Shown piece by piece: positions 25,981 to 37,725 of a stretch of DNA of 64,000 nt (positions within the stretch are counted from its first letter, which is position 1; each line of letters begins with the position of its first letter). The translations under genes and the position numbers were made by a program. The notes beneath the pieces were generated by a model. The model did no database searches and had not been told where the DNA came from. It was given only the letters and a program-made list of their open reading frames with translations. This stretch comes from Scyliorhinus canicula (lineage: Eukaryota), in NCBI RefSeq assembly GCF_902713615.1, contig NC_052172.1, forward strand, positions 19,005,327 to 19,069,326, in the 5' to 3' direction.

Positions 25981-27171
25981 GTGCGGTGGAGCTGGGTTCA
26001 ATCGGGTTTTTTTGTAAAGAGAATTTCAAAAGATTAACATCGGAGGGAAGAAGCTTTGCCGGTCTCGGCGGGCATGTGGGACGAGTGAAGTTGTCCTTGC
26101 AGAGGGCTAGCACAGGTGCCGTGAGCTGAATGGCCTTCTACGGTGCCCATTCGATGGAAGCCGACATCTCCTGGTTCAGCCCAGGGATATTCGCCCGAGG
26201 GAAGGAAGCAGCCCTCTCCTGGTTTGTGCCCCTACGTGACTCCATTCCTACACCAACGCGGCTGACTCTGAACTGGCATCCCCCCCCCTCCCCTTCCCCC
26301 CTTCCCACCCTCCCCCCCCTCCCCCCTCCCCCCTTCCCCCCTTCCCCCCCTTCCACCGCCCCCCCTCTCTCCCCCCCCCTTCCACCCCCCCCGCCCCCCC
26401 CCACCCCCCCCCCACCCCCCCCCCCCACCCCCCCCCCCCCCCCCCCCCCCCCCCCCGAAGCAGCCCAGCTGCCACCTTCTCAGGGCAATGGGCAGGACTT
26501 CTGCTCCAAACTCTGACGTCATGGACAACGCAACTGGGGGAGTCCTTCAAATCATCCGCTGCATCCCCTTTGTTTAGGAGGTGTTGGCGAACGACGAGAC
26601 TGGCTCAGGCCCCGAGGTGGTCGCCCACCTTTCCTTTCAGGTTCGCAGACCAGGTACAAAGCTCGCTCGCTCTTCAGTTTCCATCATTATAAATTGGGAT
26701 CCACCTTTCAAATTAATCAATTCTCAACTAACATAAACAAAGGAACTTTCCACAGCGTCGTCATCGCTCAAAGGTCAGCAGACCGGGGCGGGTAGATAAG
26801 AGTTACAACACAGACTCAGTCACAATCTCATCTGAACAGTGGAATGGATTCAAGGCGCCAAATGGTTTTTTGTTTCTGGACCCCTCTCCTTTGGGTGGTT
26901 ACAATTATTGGGTAAATCTCTCTTTTTCCAGGGACATGGTGTGAAAAATCTACCCCCCCCCCCCCAACCCCCTCAGATACAGAGGAACCTGGCCGCTACT
27001 TAACAGTGCCTCTATTAGCGTTACCAACCCTTCCTCCCTCCACGTGGGGGCCCTGCGGTCTCCAGGGGTTGAAGATCAACTTCCAGGTCACGGGAGTGGT
27101 GACCTCGGAGGAAGTTCATGCGGCATCATAAAGATGATGGGCTCTTTCACTTAATTAATCACCAAAAGGTA

Positions 27172-27408
27172 GGGCAGCACGGTGGCGCAGTGGGTTAGCC
27201 CTGCTGCCTCACGGCGCCGAGGACCCGGGTTCGAATCCCGGCCCTGGGTCACTGTCCGTGTGGAGTTTGCACATTCTCCCCGTGTCTGTGTGGGTTTCGC
27301 CCCCCACAACCCAAAGATGTGTTGGATAGGTAGATTGAACACTCTAAATTGCCCCTTAATTGGACAAAATAATTGGGTACTCTAAATTTTAAAAAAAAGG
27401 AAAAAAGA
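27172..27408 (+). mobile_element. HE1/V-SINE-like, young
   Basis: 18-bp TSD AATTAATCACCAAAAGGT. Confidence 0.9.
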
Positions 27409-27594
27409 AATTAATCACCAAAAGGTGTTGGGTGGGAAAAGGCAGTTTGCCCGAAATTGAGAATCGATCAAATCGAGGAGGGAGTTTGTCTGCTCGTTTT
27501 CTGATGGGTGGGGGGGGGGGGGGGGGGGGGCAGGAGAGTCATGGGGTCGGACGCGTGTCGGGTGGTCAACGGCGGAAGGGGTCAGGTCGACGGG

Positions 27595-27860
27595 TGGTAA
27601 ATCACGTGACACGACCTCCAGGAATCCACCCTTTTTGAGTTGGCAATCTCAGACCCGTACCTGGGAGTCAGCCATCTTGTCCCATCTGAGCTTTGACCAG
27701 AATCAACCCCGCCCCCACCCCAGCAGCTAACAGGCCGCGCTTAATCACGGCTACCGCGTGGCTATACCGGCAGGGGGAAGGTGAAAAGGGGCTCGCGAAA
27801 CCTTCCCGGAAACCCTTCCTGCCTTCAGAACGTTTAGGTGGTTCCGGAAGTCTCTCTCAC
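27595..27860 (-). promoter_or_regulatory. possible CpG-rich promoter motif cluster
   Basis: TCACGTGAC 27602-27610, GCCATCTTG 27671-27679, CCCCGCCCCC 27707-27716, TTCCCGGAA 27803-27811, CCGGAAGT 27844-27851. Confidence 0.35.
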
Positions 27861-27909
27861 ACACACACGCGCGAATCTTCGGTGGTAAGGCTGGAAGCAC
27901 TGCTAGGCC

Positions 27910-28142
27910 TCAAAGTTCCCCTTTCTTCTCGCTGCAGTCCACGCAGACCCTGACTGGATGGTCCCACCCCCGCGAGGGTACTGGCCTCAGCTCTGGGGAG
28001 CACTGGCTGCAGAAGCCTAGGCCACAGGCCCGGCAGTGGTGTTTTGCCGTCGTCCCAGCGAAGGGCTTCTCACAGTGGTGACACTTGACGAGCTCGTGGT
28101 CTGGCACCCAGTAATCCGGCCTCGCCACATCCTTGACGATCC
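27910..28142 (-). CDS. ZFYVE1-like exon 11, FYVE domain 2 and stop
   Basis: IVKDVARPDYWVPDHE...AKHHCRACG...VPSRGWDHPVRVCVDCSEKKGEL*; 233 nt; joined CDS is 1947 nt with consistent phases. Confidence 0.95.
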
Positions 28143-28749
28143 CTGGGCAAAACAGCAACCGGCAAAATATTAGAACAAAACAACACTCATCATTAGCCAC
28201 CTCTCACAACGCGTTCCTCGTCCTTACTGGGTAACGACTGCCCTGGGCACCAGCCTCTGCCAACTTGGCGAGCAGCGACTAGGAACGCGAGCAGGCTATT
28301 CACCAATAGAAGGCATCACAGTCCTGTTCGACAGACATAAACGCAGAAAAACACACAGCTGGCATAACAATCAGGACTCATCCTGGTTTCCAAACCCCTC
28401 CACCGTCTTTCCCCATCGCATCTCCGTAACCTCCTGCCGGGCCCCAACACTCACAAGATCACCGCGCTCCTCCAGTTCTGGCCTCTTTCACAGTCACGAC
28501 CTTAAATAGGTGGCACTGCCCTGGGTTGCCTGGGCGCTCAGCTCTGGAATCCCCTCCCGTAAATCTCTCCGCCTCTCTCTCTCTCCTTAAAAGTGACCCT
28601 TTAAAAGCTCCCTTATTGACCACATTTTGGGTCATCTGATCTAATAACGCCTTAAGTAGCTCAGTGATGATTTGTAATGCTTCTGTAAAGCACCTGGGAA
28701 GTATGTTTGAACAAGTTTTACAAAGTAACTTTAATAAATGTAATATATA

Positions 28750-28975
28750 GGGCAGCATGGTGGCGCAGTGGTTAGCACTGCTGCCTCACGGCGCTGAGGT
28801 CCCGGGTTTGATCCCGGCTCTGGGTCACTGTCCGTGTGGAGTTTGCACATTCTCCCCGTGTCTGTGTGGGTTTCTCCCCCACAACCCAAAGATGTACAGG
28901 GTAGGTGGATTGGCCACGCTAAATTGCCCCTTAATTGGAAAAATAAAGAATTGGGTACTCTAAATTTACTTTTTT
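28750..28975 (+). mobile_element. HE1/V-SINE-like
   Basis: consensus. Confidence 0.9.
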
Positions 28976-29109
28976 AAATAAACGTATATGCAAATATTGC
29001 AATTGGCTCAAATTCTCTGGCAAAACTATTTCCCCACATCTTAGGGTGCAGCTTATAACTCCGAGTTTGGGGGAGGGGGGGGCAGACAAACAAGGTTGGC
29101 TGTACCTAC

Positions 29110-29220
29110 CGAGGGGATATTCGACTGCTGAAGTCATGGCATCCAGCGTGCTCTGCGCCACTTCGGTAATCCTGCGAGCCATTAGCCCCCTGCCTTCCCT
29201 GGCTGCCTCCAGCTGCTTTC
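29110..29220 (-). CDS. ZFYVE1-like exon 10, inter-FYVE linker
   Basis: GLMARRITEVAQSTLDAMTSAVEYPLG resembles human TLIARKVGEAVQNTLGAVVTAIDIPLG; 111 nt, phase 1 to 1. Confidence 0.9.
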
Positions 29221-29291
29221 CTGCAACATCAACAAAATGGACAAAATCAAATGATCCTTGGGTCAAAGATTATTCACCGTCACGTCCAGCA

Positions 29292-29530
29292 TTTTTTATT
29301 TTATTTATTTATTTCATTTAGTGTACCCAATTAATTTTTTCCAATTAAGGGGCAATTTAGCCTGGCCAATCCACCTACTCTGCACATCTTTGGGTTGTGG
29401 GGGTGAAACCCACACAGCCACAGGGAGAATGTGCAAACTCCACACGGACAGTGACCCAGAGCCGGGATCGAACCTGGGACCTCGGTGCCGTGAGGCAACA
29501 GGGCTAACCCACTGCGCCACCGTGCTGCCC
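29292..29530 (-). mobile_element. HE1/V-SINE-like
   Basis: consensus; TSD CACGTCCAGCA. Confidence 0.9.
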
Positions 29531-29796
29531 ACGTCCAGCACTTATTACGCCTCCTTAATTTCCCTTGCCAGGGCGTTGGTGAGCCCCCTTCAAGTAGCTT
29601 GCTGGCCGTATCAGAGGGGCAATTAAGAACAAAGAAAATTACAGCACAGGAACAGGCCCTTCGGCCCTCTAAGCCTGTGCCGATCCAGATCCTTTATCTA
29701 AACCTGTCGCTTATTTTCCAAGGATCTACTTCCCTCTGTTCCCCGCCCGTTCATATATCTGTCTAGATGCATTAAGAGTCAACAACATTGTTGTAA

Positions 29797-30028
29797 GGGC
29801 AGCACGGTGGCACAGCGGTTAGCTCTGTTGCCTGAAGGTGCCGAGGTCCCAGGTTCGATCCTGGCCCCGGATCACTGTCCCTGTGGAGTTTGCACATTCT
29901 CCCCGTGTCTGCGTGGGTCTCACCCCCACAACCCAAAAAGGTGCAGGTTAGGTGGATTGGCCGCGCTAAATTGCCCCTTAATTGGGGAAAACAAAGAATT
30001 GGGTACTAATTTATATTGAAAAAAAATT
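29797..30028 (+). mobile_element. HE1/V-SINE-like
   Basis: consensus. Confidence 0.85.
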
Positions 30029-30977
30029 AATTTCAAAATAAGCGAACAGTTTCATTCTCAAACCGCTCGATGGCAACTTTCCTTTGGAGAATGTTCCCTC
30101 GGATCCTGACCTCCAGGAACGAGTTAACGAGACTTCTCTCAATGGTCACAGGCTGGGTATCTTGCTGCATGCCACAGCGTTTAAACAGCGACAAGTCGTT
30201 AATGCTGGAGTTTCTCATTAAACTCAAATCAATTGATTGGGTCACTTGATCAATGGGAACATTTAGAATCAGGTCCAGTTCATCAGCTGCATTCTTCAGA
30301 GCAGCTGGCAGCCAGATTGGATCAGTTTGAACAACTTCGACATCCTGTTCAACACTTTGTGCTTTCAAGTGTTTATCGGACTGAATAGTAGAGCATTACA
30401 ACGCGTCAATCTCCCCTCGGACAATTTCAAAAGGACGCTTTGTGGTTAACCCTCAGTATTAAGCCGATGCCTCCCCCTCCCCAGAGTCTGCGGCTGGAAG
30501 GGTTCAACCCCCCCCACGGGTGGGCTACAATTCCCGGACAGTCCCAGTCCTGGTCAATATTCATCCCACAACACAAAAGAAAAATCTCGATTGGTCATTG
30601 TCACAGTGCTGTGTGTGGGAGACTGCTGCGTGCAAACTGGTTTTCCAATCTTCCAACAGTAACCACAATGTGAGTGATTCAATTTGGTAGAGAGACAATG
30701 TAAGATAACGTGCATCATTTCTAAAGGAGATGCAGAGGGACCTGGGTGTATTAGTGTACAAGTCAGTGAAGGGGGCCGGACTTGCTGACAGCACAGTTAA
30801 TAGGAGCATACTGGACTTTATTAATGGAGACATTGAACACAAAAGCAAGAAGGTTACGCGAAAACCGTTACAACAACTCGATTTGGTGCAGACTCGATGG
30901 GCCGAATGGCCTGCTTCTGCACTGTAAATTCTACGGCTTCAAGTGGAGGACAGTGTGCAGTTCTAGGCGTTGCACTT

Positions 30978-31265
30978 GATAATGATAATCTTTATTATTG
31001 TCACAAGTAGGCTGACATTAACACTGCAATGAAGTTACTGTGAAAATCCCCTCGTCGCCACATTCTGGCGCCTGTTCGGGTACACGGAGGGTGAATTCAG
31101 AATGTCCAATTCACCTAACAGCACGTCTTTCGGGACTTGTGGGAGGAAAGCGGAGCACCCGGAGGAAACCCACGCAGACACGGGGAGAACGTGCAGACTC
31201 CGCGCAGACAGTGACCCAAGCCGGGAATCGAACTCTGAACAACAGTGCTAACCACTGTGCCGCCC
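30978..31265 (-). mobile_element. V-SINE-like
   Basis: same subfamily as 63632-63920. Confidence 0.8.
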
Positions 31266-31648
31266 GTACAGCATTCGAGAGGGCGTGGGAAAGACTCACA
31301 CGAATTGTTCCAGGCATGAGGGTCTCCAGTTAGGTGGATAGATTGGTGAATCGGAGATCTTTTCCTCGGAGAAGAGGGTTGAGAGGGGGAGATCTGGACA
31401 GAGTGGCTGGGGAGAAACTGTTCCCTTTGGTGGAAAGGTCGAGAACGAGGGGCCCCCCGGATTTAAGGTCATTGACAAAAGGAGCAATGGGGCGGGGCGG
31501 GGGGGGGGGCAGCAAGTGGATTGCGCCATTCAGAGAACCAGCACAAACACAAGAGGCCGAATGGCCTCCCTGAATGATGTGACCATCCTGTGATGAGCTA
31601 CGGAATGGATGAGGCACCATAGACAAACAGGAAGTCAGTGACTATTAC

Positions 31649-31829
31649 CTGTGCTGTTCCCACCTGTTCTGAAGCAATCGTCACAGACTCTGACAGCAGC
31701 GCTACCCCATCCCCGTTCCGGGACAGACATGGTTTTGGTGGAGCAGACGTCACAACAACCCTCTCCACAGGAGCGACAGTGATGTTTACGCTCTCCATCC
31801 TCAAAAGGTTTCTTGCACTGATGGCATTC
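31649..31829 (-). CDS. ZFYVE1-like exon 9, FYVE domain 1
   Basis: CHQC...RKHHCRSCGEGCCDVCS...VRVCDDC; CAG acceptor, CAG|GTAATA donor (a same-phase GT lies 15 nt inside); 181 nt, phase 0 to 1. Confidence 0.92.
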
Positions 31830-31877
31830 CTGTAAAAATGGCAACAATTTTAAAAAAAAATCAGGTCTTCCGTCACC

Positions 31878-32510
31878 ATAGAATCCCGACAGTGCAGACG
31901 GAGGCCATTCGGCCCATTGAGTCTGCACTGACCCTCTGAAATGAACACCCCACCCAAGGCCCATTCCCCACAACCCCACCCGACTGACCCCAAGGGGCAC
32001 TTTAGCATGTCTGAGCCACCTAACCTGCCCATCTTTGGACTGTGGGAGGAAACCGGAGCACCTGGAGGAAACCCACGCAGACACGGGGAGAATGTGCAAA
32101 CTCCACACAGACAGTGACCCAAGCCGGGAATCGAACCTGGGACCTCGGCGCCGTGAGGCAGCAGCGCTTTATTTTTTAAAAAAATTTTATTATTATAAAT
32201 TTAGCGTACCCAATTATTGTTTCCAATTAAGGGGCAATTTAGCGTGGCCAATCCACCTAACCTGCACATCTTTGGGTTGTGGGGGCGAAACCCACGCAGA
32301 CAGGGGGAGAATGTGCAAACTCCTCACGGACAGTGACCCAGAGCCGGGATTCGAACCCGGGTCCTCAGCGCCGTGAGGCAGCAGTGCTAACCACTGAAAT
32401 GAAAATGAAATGAAAATCGCTTATTGTCACGAGTCGGCTTCAAATGAAGTTACTGTGAAAAGCCCCTAGTCGCCACATTCCGGCGCCTGTTCGGGGAGGC
32501 TGGTACGGGA
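31878..32510 (-). mobile_element. cluster of three abutting SINEs
   Basis: two V-SINE copies and one TTTCA-tailed fragment, all on the minus strand. Confidence 0.8.
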
Positions 32511-33273
32511 CCCTTTCAGAGGATGTCCGGATGCGACACCAATTCCGCCAGCGATCTAGAGGGGGCGATGTTGGGGGAAGGCGGCCAGGTTCGCCGAAAC
32601 AAAACAAATCATTGGAACCAGTAAAGGACGAAGTTGCGATTTTCATCACCTTCCCATTCCCCATTCTCTGGAATTCCAATCCTTCAACCCCTCTTCCCCG
32701 AGACCCCGCCCCTTTAGCAGTCTGTCCAAACGTGTGGTTCGGAGTTAGGATTGGTTTGCTAATCGCTTCTGTCCGATGGCTATGTTAGAGGCCCTATAGA
32801 AATGAACGTTGTCGTGGTTCTCTGGCATCGCCAGCCTTGGCCAATCTGCAGTAGTGAAGGATGTTGCAGTGGGTAAATAACACAAGTGGCAATGTGGGCA
32901 CACCTGGCATCTATTGCCCACCTGTACTTGCCCCTGGAGAGGGAGGGGCGGTTTCTTCACCAGCCGCTTTCACATCTGACTGCAGCAGCCGTGTGACTTT
33001 TTCATTATTGCCAGGGAAAGAATGAACAAAAGATTTGCATTCATATAGCACCACAGGATGTCCCAATGTTTGAATTTGTGTACAGCAAGATCCGACAAAA
33101 AGCAATATGACAATAATCACACCACCTGTTTTAAAGATGTTGATCGAGGGAAAAATATTCACCAGAGAGAATGCCCCCCCCCACCCACACATCACCCACC
33201 CCCTAACCCACATCTCACCCCACCCTCCCCCCACCCACACACCACCCCCCCATCCCCACCCAACCCTCCCACC

Positions 33274-34962
33274 CAGTACTGACCCTCTGACAGTGCAGCA
33301 CTCCCTCAGTACTGACCCTCTGACAGTGCAGCGCTCCCTCAGTACTGACCCTCTGACAGTGCAGCACTCCCTCAGTACTGACCCTCTGACAGTGCGGCAC
33401 TCCCTCAGTACTGACCCTCTGACAGTGCGGGGCTCCCTCAGTACTGACCCTCTGACAGTGCAGCACTTCCGCAGTGCTGACCCTCTGACAGTGCAGCACG
33501 CCCTCAGTACTGACCCTCTGACAGTGCGGCACTCCCTCAGCACTGACCCTCTGACAGTGCGGTGCTCCCTCAGTACTGACCCTCTGACAGTGCGGCACTC
33601 CCTCCGTACTGACCCTCTGACAGTGCAGCACTCCCTCAGTACTGACCCTCTGACAGTGCGGCACTCCCTCAGTACTGACCCTCTGACAGTGCAGCACTCT
33701 CTCAGTACTGACCCTCTGACAGTGCGGCACTCCCTCAGTACTGACCCTCTGACAGTGCAGCTCTCCCTCAGTACTGACCCTCTGACAGTGCAGGGCACGC
33801 CCTCAGGGTAGCAGGCCCTCTGACAGTGCGTGCTCCCTCAGTACTGACCCTCTGACAGTGCGGCACTCCCTCAGTACTGACCCTCTGACAGTGCGGAACT
33901 CCCTCAGTACTGACCCTCTGACAGTGCGGCACTCCCTCACTGACCCTCTGACAGTGCAGCACTCCCTCAGTACTGACCCTCTAGCAGTGCGGGCGCTCCC
34001 TCACTGACCCTCTGACAGTGCGGCACTCCCTCAGTACTGACCCTCTGACAGTGCGGCACTCCCTCAGTACTGACCCTCTGACAGTGCGGCACTCCCTCAG
34101 TACTGACCCTCTGACGGTGCAGCACTCCCTCAGTACTGACCCTCTCACAGTGCGGCACTCCCTCAGTACTGACCCTCTGACAGTGCAGCACTCCCTCAGT
34201 ACTGACCCTCTCACAGTGTGCCTCTCCCTCAGTACTGACCCTCTGACAGTGCAGCACTCCCTCAGTACTGACCCTCTGACAGTGCGGCACTCCCTCAGTA
34301 CTGACCCTCTGACAGTGCGGCACTCCCTCAGTACTGACCCTCTGACAGTGCGGCACTCCCTCAGTACTGACCCTCTGACAGTGCAGCACTCCCTCAGTAC
34401 TGACCCTCTGACAGTGCGGCACTCCCTCAGTACTGACCCTCTGACAGTGCAGCACTCCCTCAGTACTGACCCTCTGACAGTGCGGCACTCCCTCAGTACT
34501 GACCCTCTGACAGTGCAGCACTCCCTCAGTACTGACCCTCTGACAGTGCGGCACTCCCTCAGTACTGACCCTCTGACACTGCAGCACTCCCTCAGTACTG
34601 ACCCTCTGACAGTGCGGCACTCCCTCAGTACTGACCCTCTGACAGTGCAGCACTCCCTCAGTACTGACCCTCTGACAGTGCGGCCCTCCCTCAGTACTGA
34701 CCCTCTGACAGTGCAGCACTCCCTCAGTACTGACCCTCTGACAGTGCGGCACTCCCTCAGTACTGACCCTCTGACAGTGCAGCACTCCCTCAGTACTGAC
34801 CCTCTGACAGTGCGGCCCTCCCTCAGTACTGACCCTCTGACAGTGCGGCACTCCCTCAGTACTGACCCTCTGACAGTGCAGCACTCCCTCAGTACTGACC
34901 CTCTGACAGTGCGGCACTCCCTCGGCACTGACCCTCTGACAGTGCGGCGCTCCCTCGGCACT
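33274..34962 (+). repeat. 33-bp minisatellite, array 2 (ZFYVE1-like intron 8)
   Basis: same unit. Confidence 0.98.
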
Positions 34963-35152
34963 GCAGTGGGAGTGTCGGCCAGGATTTGGTGTTGAATTCT
35001 CCGAGAGGGAACTGCAACCCGCTCACCTTTCACTTCCACGACAGGGACACCGATTTTGCTTTTCCATCCCTTCTGATCCAACGTTGGAGTCGCCCAGTTA
35101 ATGACAAGTAAGGGAAGAAGTTCTTTTGCATAAAAGAAAAAGGTTAACTCAC

Positions 35153-35323
35153 GGTGATCTGTGAATTGGGCCTCCAGTATTCCGGAGCCACCTGATCTGT
35201 TAACCAGGCTGTGATCGCCTTGGTTGGGCCTCTACTGTAATCGGTAACCGACTGGATCGCAAAGTTGACACCATCCAATACTCTCTGAGTTCCATTGCTA
35301 TTATCCTTCAAGAAGGCCTCATT
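35153..35323 (-). CDS. ZFYVE1-like exon 8
   Basis: NEAFLKDNSNGTQRVLDG...WLTDQVAPEYWRPNSQIT; CAG/GTGAGT borders; 171 nt, phase 0 to 0. Confidence 0.93.
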
Positions 35324-35954
35324 CTGAAATACACAAACAGAGATCGGCATTTCCTTCATGTCTTTCACAGGCACAGAGTATCCAAACGCTTTACATCTAA
35401 AGTACTTTTCAACATACAGTCACTGTTGTAATGTAGCCAATTGGTGCACAGCACAATCCCATGCACGAGACACAATTTGTTTTGAAGTGATGTTGACTGG
35501 GGCACAACAGCAGAGTGAACTCCCCAGTTCTGTTGTGCGATCCTTTCCACACCCACCCAAGGGGGGCCCGGCTTCAACGTCTCATCCTCAAGACGGCACC
35601 TCCGACAGCGCAGCGTTCCCTCGGGAGCACCAGCTGGAATGGGGAGGGAATTGAACCCGTAGCCTTGCGACACAATAAATCCACGTGGGAATCATCGTTT
35701 ACCACTTGCTGTACCGAACATATTCCTGTAAAAAACCCACTCCCCCAAGACAGGAACGCCAGCTGAGAAATCACGTTCACCTTTCCCATCCCGGGGTTTT
35801 CCCCCCTGCGGATCGCTGACCTCAATACGGGCTGGCGATCCGCTGTGGGTTACAGAGGCTAAAAAATTACAGCAATTAACTTGCACCTCATTAAATCTCT
35901 CATGTTCCCCATTATCATTCGCCCGCATCTTTTATCTTTTTGACCAAGGGATGG

Positions 35955-37437
35955 AGACACAAGAGCGCACGAGACAACAGCGTGCGCGCGAGACACAGCG
36001 CACGAGACAACAGCACACGCGCGAGTGCGAGACACAAGAGCGCGCGCTAGTAACAAGAGCGTGCACAAGTAACAAGAGCGCGCACAAGTAACAAGAGCGC
36101 GCACGAGTAACAAGAGCGCGCACGAGTAACAAGAGCGCGCACGAGTAACAAGAGCGCGCACGAGTAACAAGAGCACGCGAGACAGAAGCGCACGAGACAA
36201 CAGGACACACGAGAGACACGAGCGCGCGTGCGAGACAATAGTGTGCCCGCAAGACAACAGCGCGTGCAAGACACAAGAGAGCGCGAGACACAACAGTGCA
36301 CGAGACGACAGCGACGTGTGAGCGCGAGACACAAGAGCGCTCACGTGAGAGACAAGAGCACCAGTGAGACAGAGAGAAATAGCAAAAGAGACAGAGCACG
36401 AGCAGAGAGACAGAGCGCGAGCAGAGAGAGAGAGCGTGAGCAGAGAGAGAGAGCGCGAGCAGAGAGAGAGAGCGCGAGCAGAGAGAGAGAGCGCGAGCAG
36501 AGAGAGAGAGCGCGAGCAGAGAGAGAGAGCGAGCAGAGAGAGCGAGCAGAGAGAGAGCGAGCAGAGAGAGAGAGAGAGCAGAGAGAGAGCGAGCAGAGAG
36601 AGGAGAGAGCGAGCACAGAGAGAGAGCGAACACAGAGAGAGAGAGCGAACAGAGAGAGAGAGCAAGCAGAGAGAGAGAGAGAGCAGAGAGAGAGAGAGAG
36701 CGAGCAGAGAGAGAGAGCGCGAGCAGAGAGAGAGAGCGCGAGCAGAGAGAGAGAGCGCGAGCAGAGAGAGAGAGCGCGAGCAGAGAGAGAGAGCGAGCAG
36801 AGAGAGAGAGAGAGCGAGCAGAGAGAGAGAGCGCGAGCAGAGAGAGAGAGCGCGAGCAGAGAGAGAGAGCGCGAGCAGAGAGAGAGAGCGAGCAGAGAGA
36901 GAGAGAGAGCGAGCAGAGAGAGAGAGAGAGAGAGAGAGAGCAGAGAGAGAGAAAGAGCGAGCAGAGAGAGAGAGAGAGCAGAGAGAGAGAGCGCGAGCAG
37001 AGAGAGAGAGCGCGAGCAGAGAGAGAGAGCGCGAGCAGAGAGAGAGAGAGCGAGCAGAGAGAGAGAGCGAGCAGAGAGAGAGAGAGCGAGCAGAGAGAGA
37101 GAGAGCGCGAGTAGAGAGAGAGAGCGAGCAGAGAGAGAGAGAGAGCGAGCAGAGAGAGAGAGCGCGAGCAGAGAGAGAGAGCGCGAGCAGAGAGAGAGAG
37201 CGCGAGCAGAGAGAGAGAGGGCGAGCAGAGAGAGAGAGGGCGAGCAGAGAGAGAGAGAGCGAGCAGAGAGAGAGAGCGCGAGCAGAGAGAGAGAGCGAGC
37301 AGAGAGAGAGAGCGAGCAGAGAGAGAGAGCGCGAGCAGAGAGAGAGAGCGCGAGCAGAGAGAGAGCGCGAGCAGAGAGAGAGAGCGCGAGCAGAGAGAGC
37401 GAGCAGAGAGAGAGAGCGAGCAGAGAGAGAGAGAGAA
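35955..37437 (+). repeat. compound repeat: 19-bp ACAAGAGCGCGCACGAGTA units grading into GCGCGAGCA(GA)n
   Basis: visible periodicity, purine-rich strand. Confidence 0.95.
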
Positions 37438-37502
37438 AAACTAAAAAGGTAGAGCAAAAGAAAAATAAGGGGGTAAATCAGCATCACAATTTCAGTACAG
37501 AT

Positions 37503-37725
37503 AGGGCAGCACAGTGGCGCAGTGGTTACAACGCTGAAGTCCCAGGTTCGATCCCAGCTCTGGGTCACTGTCCGTGTGGAGTTTGCACATTCTCCCCGTG
37601 TCTGCGTGGGTTTCGCCCCCACAACCCAAAGATGTGCAGGGTAGGTGGATTGGCCATGCTAAATTGCCCCTTAATTGGAAAAAACAAAATTTAAAAATTG
37701 GGTTCTCTAAATTTATTTTTTAAAA
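37503..37725 (+). mobile_element. HE1/V-SINE-like
   Basis: consensus; TSD AATTTCAGTAC. Confidence 0.85.

Noticed and set aside
27172-27250. tRNA-like sequences at SINE heads
   Set aside because: They run directly into SINE bodies with tails and TSDs; not tRNA genes.
32911-37694. CQRVSTEGVLH and RE/SL-rich ORFs
   Set aside because: Translations of intronic 33-bp satellite and (GA)n repeats; the C/H periodicity is not a zinc finger.
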